A stretch of 64,000 nt of DNA from Podarcis filfolensis (lineage: Eukaryota). Every line of letters begins with the position of its first letter. Position 1 is the stretch's first letter. The stretch lies in NCBI GenBank assembly GCA_964270895.1, contig OZ185435.1; one strand, written 5' to 3'. The notes beneath the pieces were generated by a model. That model was not told where the DNA came from. It worked only from the letters and a program-made list of their open reading frames with translations, and made no database searches. The position numbers and the translations under genes were made by a program. This document shows positions 58,950-64,000 of this stretch, piece by piece.

Positions 58950-61400
58950 AAGGTGGGTCTGCAAAGTAGCTGGAAAAACTCCCCGAGAGCTTCGTCGTCG
59001 TTGCAGTTTTGTAATGGAAATAAATGGTAGCCTGGGGGCAGACATCTCTGCGTCTCGCTGGTACGAAGGCCCAGACGGCCCGCGAGTGCAGGCGAGTCTG
59101 CACTTGCTTGTACCGGGGCGTGAAGGGAGGCGGTGAAGCTGGTTTCCCTCTCCGCCCCAGGTATGGTTTTTCTCGGGCGCTGCTCGTTTCTTCGCGGATG
59201 CTGGAGGAGAATCTCTCTCTCTTCCTCCCCGTGCGGGCCGGGGGCCATCAGCAAGGGAGCAGCTGCAGGTACAGGCAGCCTCCGCATAGTTGGCATTCCT
59301 GCAGGCGCGTCGCCCGGGCTCCTTCCAGGTCCTCGGCGCGGCGCGCGTTGCCTCCGAGTCTCCCAGCCGGAGGCTCCTAGATAAGAAGAACGCGCTTCCT
59401 TCTTTAGCCGCTCCTGTTTCTTCGAGACCTTTTCGGGTGGATGGGGCTTTGATGAATCCCCCGAACGCTTTTATTTTCAAGCAGGACAGAAAAAAGGTGA
59501 CCGGAGCTGCCTGATTATTTTTGGAGAAGCCTCTCCAACCTCGCCTGCGAGCAAACAGGCACACTCGATGCATCTCTCTCATTGCACGGCCATAGATCTT
59601 GGTGTATCGTAGGAACAGAAGAGCCCGGTGGCCCAGCTTAGTCCAGCATCTGGTTCTCATAGTGGCTAACTAGATGCTTGTGGGAAACCCGCGATACAAG
59701 AATTCCGTCTTTCTTTATTGAAAAAGAAAAAGGCTCACTCCTAGCCATCTTTCCTCAAAAGTTCCCTGGCGTGCTCTGGTCCATGGGGTCACGAAGAGTA
59801 GGACACGACAAAACAACAACAACAAAGGCTTGATCCCAGTGAGATTTATTCCTAGTAAATACTGGGAAGTAAGCCCCATTGAATGCAGCGGGACTTACCT
59901 CTGTGTAAACATGCACGAGTGTGTGTTATAAAAACAGTAAGCGGAAACTAGATGGGCATGAGCAGGTGCCATTCAAACAGTGCAGCGAGCATGTCATTCT
60001 AGGGCAGGGACCCGCCGTGTTAATTCTTTATAGGACGAGCTAACCCGAGAGTTGGGTTTTCAGGTCAGGCTCGGCTGACTGCCGGATTCAGGTCCCGGGG
60101 GCTTCCCACCCCTCCCCCGCAAGCAGCAGGATTCCCACATCCGGGTTCGACCCTGCTGCTGCTGCCAGGCGTCCTGAGTTGGGGTCAGCCCCGGCGCCTG
60201 CGGAGTTAATTGCCGCCACTTTCTCTCGCCTCCTCCCAGCCGAGGCGCTTTTCTCGGAGCTCCCGGGACGCCGCGCCGCTTCTCACGTGGGCAGCGGTGA
60301 CCCTCTGTGTTTACTTTATTTTTGGCACTTCTAGCAGTGGCGGCGCTTTTCTCGAGCCCTCCGGTGGCGATGCGAGTTTTTTCTTGCCTCAACTTACCGG
60401 AGGGGAGGAAGGGGCAGCTCGGCTGAGTCAAGGTAAGGGGGGGGGGGCGAGGGGAGGCGGAGCAGGCGGCTTCTCCTTTGCCCTGGGCGACTTTGCGATG
60501 GCTGAGCAGAAAGTTAATGTAACCTTTTTTCCTTTTTTCTTTTGTGGGCTTTCCTTTTGTTCTTCGCCTTCCGGGGAAGGGAGGGGAGGGGAGGCCCCGG
60601 CTCCGGGAATTAACAAGAGAGGGGAGAGGAAAGTGACTGATCCCAAAGGGAGGCGTGTGCAAGCAAGGAAAAGAGGGCAGAGGGAGCGTAGAAGAGGGCG
60701 CTGCTGTCTGTGGGCTGCGCGCAAAGCTCAGGGCCGGGGGGAGGCGGCGGACGGAGGACAAGAGCCGGGTAAGGACACCTGGGCTTGCTGGGAGCGCCTG
60801 CGGCAGGTGGGAAGGAAAGTGGAGGAGGGGAGAGGATCGTCGGGCCACATGCAGAGGCTCGGAGGTCCCTGTGAAGCAACACCGGTGGCGCCTCCCACCA
60901 ACTTCCCCGTCGGCGAGAGATCGCGCTGCGTCCTTGCTTGTTACCTCGCGCGTAATCAGGGCTGCGGAAGGCATTGCCCCGGGGGCGCAGAGCGCACGGC
61001 ACCGCGGTGGGGGTGGGGGCGGTGTGCTTGCGCAGCTACGGATGTGTGCAGAATTCTACCCACAGCCACGCACTCGGCGCCCCCCCCCCAGCATCCAGTG
61101 AAAGTGCGCTCTCTATTGAGCTGGTTTCCAGGACCCTTGAAACTTCCTTAATCTCCCTAGTATGAAGCCGCCCCAGCAGCGGCATTCGTTCCCCCGATAG
61201 CTCACTTGTTCCTCTTTCCCAGCAGCTCAGTTTACTGGCCCGTGAAGGGCACGTCGCGCCCTCGCGGTTCTGGCGACCCGCTCACTCACAAGCCGCGGCG
61301 GAAGGTGGGCGGCGCAGGTTAGGTCTTCGTTTTTTTCCCTAAACCCCTTTTGTGAATGAGTGAGTGTGTTTGTGTGTGTGGCGGGTTTCGAGCAGGACTG
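58950..61400. promoter_or_regulatory. Second CpG island; probable promoter and non-coding first exon(s) of the next gene (LARGE2 by synteny only)
   Basis: CpG-dense. Plus-strand donors AAG|GTAAGG (60432) and CGG|GTAAGG (60768). The vertebrate order is MAPK8IP1-FREY1-PEX16-LARGE2, but no LARGE2 coding sequence is seen. Confidence 0.65.
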
Positions 61401-64000
61401 AACAAAAAAGGGACCCACCAGCAGTTGTACACCTCCTGGGAACCTCTTAATGTTTGGTTACCTCAAAGAGACCAGCTGTCTGTGGCTCCTCCTCTCCCTC
61501 CCTTTCTCATTCAAGCTGATCGGAAGAGCTTTGTAACTTCGCTGCTGCCAGACGATGCTTGCCTCTTCCCAACCTCAACCTCCCCCACCCCCCTTGTGTC
61601 ACATCTTTTAGATTAGAACGGGCAGGGGTTGCCTTGTTATTGGTAACATCTAAGGCGCTGTTTCCACTCAATAGCTAGGTAATGTGCTTTTAATAAACTT
61701 GATATTGGGACGTGTGTGCATAACAGCGAAGGGTGGTTCATGGAAGACTGGCCATTGGTGCCTCTGTTCAGGGGTGCCCACATTAATTGGCACTGCCTCT
61801 GCACGGCATCACCCTGAGCTGGTGGTTCAAATGATTGAATGGACAGGGAAGGGGTTACATGCAAAGTGTGTGATCTGCTACTGATCTACTATAGCCTTTC
61901 CTAAGAATTAGGAATATCCTCCAGTCGTCTTCATAATTAGCCAGTTTTGTATGATCCTGTAGCCGTTTGGTGTAAGGCAGCGTCTCCTAGAACAGGGGTC
62001 GGTCCTCAAACTTTCCAACTCTAAAGCCCACTTGAGACGGCTGAAAATTACTGAGGCCCACCAGCTACAAAATGGTGGTGCGGGGGGGGGGTGAACCAGT
62101 CATGAAATGGTGCCAGGGTGGAGGCAGAATTTGGCACAATCTGCTGGCAATTACTGGCATCATTTTCTACTGAGCCATATTTGGAAGTTCTTTGCTTGAG
62201 CTTTTTCCTTGTGGCAGAGGTGTCCCATCACTTCACTTTTCTCAAGCTAAGTACAAACATTTTTTCTGGAAGTATTGTGATGTCCTCCGCATTTGCTGAT
62301 GAAAGCTTTTTCTTTTGTTTTCCTTTCCTCTACATGCCTCTTAAGTGAATATATATATTACCTATCTTCTGTAATTTCTTCTCTTATTTTCCTTATTTCC
62401 TTCCCCCAAACTATCACTTTCTTTCATCCCCCTTCCTCTAGGCTGAGATCTGCATAGACAGGGTGAAGGGTGCACAGCCCGTGAGTCTTCTCCTGACACT
62501 TACAGATATTTCTATTGCATCTAGCTGGCACAGTGGTTTTATTGGAAAGATCAAGAAAGCAGGGTTTCAGCAGTTGGTGTGCCCTCCAGCAATGATGATG
62601 TCAGCAGGAGAAGGGATTATGAAACTGGGTGTCATGCTGGCACTTGCTGCTTTCTAGAGCTTCTACCCCAGCTCAGTGCACCTGACCTATATCCAGGCAG
62701 CCTCACTTAAAAGGCTCCTCAAAGTTGCTTGTCTTGTTTCTAGGATGTGTGAAGATTTGGGGGCCTCTGCATCTGGGCACTGCAGGGGTCCTCCATAGGA
62801 AGGGGTTGCAGTTGTGTCGCAGTGAATCAATGCCCTGCTGTGTGATGGGCTTCATTATTTGTTTGAACAGCAGCGCTGCATGTCCCTTTCATTGAGCAAT
62901 CCTTACAAAGGGTATGGAGAGCAGTTCCTTTGCCTACAGACCTTACACACCTTCTCTCCCCTCCTCCAACTCTAAAGACTCATCAAAAGTTCTGTGCATT
63001 AATAGGCACAAGGGCTCTGAATGGATGACTGGCTAGTAATCCAGGCCTTTTTTTTTTTTTAGTCCTATGACTAAGGAAAGGTTCCTGCACAACCTCCAGC
63101 TGTTGTTAATGCAAATCTCAGGCATGGAGTCATTATTCTGTCACTTGCCCAGGAGCTATATGAATAATTAATATTAGCACACAAGTGGCTTTATGGCCTT
63201 TTTGCAACTCCTTTTCCTAAATGTTTACATGACCATTTGCCTTCCTTTTGTGGACATGTGTTATAAATAAAAAGAACATGAATCGGCACTGTGTTCAGCA
63301 AAGTGAGTGGATGCATGCACCAGTAATGTTCATCTGATGTGCACACTAATAGGCTTCTTGAGTAAGGCAGCCCTTTTGCGGGAGATTCCAGTGGGGGGGG
63401 TGGAAAGGCAATATGTGAATGCTTTTTGCTGTTCTTATCTAGGATGTTAGGTTGTGGGGCAGTGATCAAGCTATGGGGCATTGCCTTTCTCCTGGAACAA
63501 AGTTATGGGATTAGAACCTGACAGAGGGGCCTCGCCAACATGTCCATACACATCCTGGGAATCTGGCATTTTGGATACCTAAACACTAACAATATGCATC
63601 TCCCGGCAGTGAGAGATTAAGCTTTGTAGCATGAAGTAGAGATGTGGGAAGCTCTTCTCATTTGCCTTGGAATCCACAGCTTACTGGGCAAACTAATGAG
63701 GCTACAAAAGTTCAACCTGATCCCTTGGAGTTTGCAGCCTGAATAAAATTGGGAGTTATTCACACATGTTGCATTCCTTCAGCTTGTAGCATAATTCCCC
63801 TTGCTTTAGCATAGTTATCGCTGATAGTATGTGGATGTGTTTACACAGTCAAATACCACTGGAAAGCTCACTTGCAGGCAGAATCTCAACTGTTATTTTA
63901 TAAAAGGCAAAACCCTTTTTTCCAAGAGAGACACCCTTCCCCACCAAGAGTCACCCGCTTTATAATTAACTGCTCTTACTTTTCTAAAAACCTCTTTTAG

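Noticed and set aside
58793-59660. 167-aa and 237-aa minus-strand ORFs
   Set aside because: CpG-island composition, no recognisable domain, non-ATG starts.
60060-61151. 304-aa (-) and 313-aa (+) ORFs, including MAEQKVNV at 60498
   Set aside because: GC-rich island DNA lacks stops; the products are low-complexity with no resemblance to the LARGE N-terminus or any family I know, and internal donors suggest UTR or intron.

Overview
Eukaryotic (squamate reptile, most consistent with a lacertid lizard from its SINE/MITE content) genomic DNA, syntenic with human 11p11.2. The window holds coding exons 4-12 of MAPK8IP1/JIP1 (+, 3219-17333), a complete 3-exon FREY1/C11orf94 orthologue (-, 19997-23417) that the ORF track mostly misses, and a complete 11-exon PEX16 (-, 26514-37527) whose intron 7 is U12-type (minor spliceosome). 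It also has the PEX16 CpG-island promoter, about 21 kb of repeat-rich intergenic DNA, and a second CpG island (~58950-61400) that by synteny is probably the non-coding 5' end of LARGE2; no LARGE2 coding sequence is visible. Repeats include Sauria SINEs, a MIR-like CORE-SINE, tRNA/CR1-tail SINEs, L2 and CR1 fragments, hAT- and Tc1/mariner-type MITEs and one intact LTR. Best leads: (1) lizard Frey looks like a secreted prohormone (signal peptide, KSKR site, acidic EEYYYDD tail) rather than a type II membrane protein; (2) a tandem-duplicated U12 donor in PEX16; (3) a UGUA array plus AAUAAA in MAPK8IP1 intron 10; (4) a GC donor, a NAGNAG acceptor and a candidate membrane-anchoring alternative last exon in FREY1. 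Exon coordinates were hand-derived from splice sites and phase continuity. Orthologue comparisons are from memory of the human proteins. No searches were run, and boundaries of degraded repeats are approximate.
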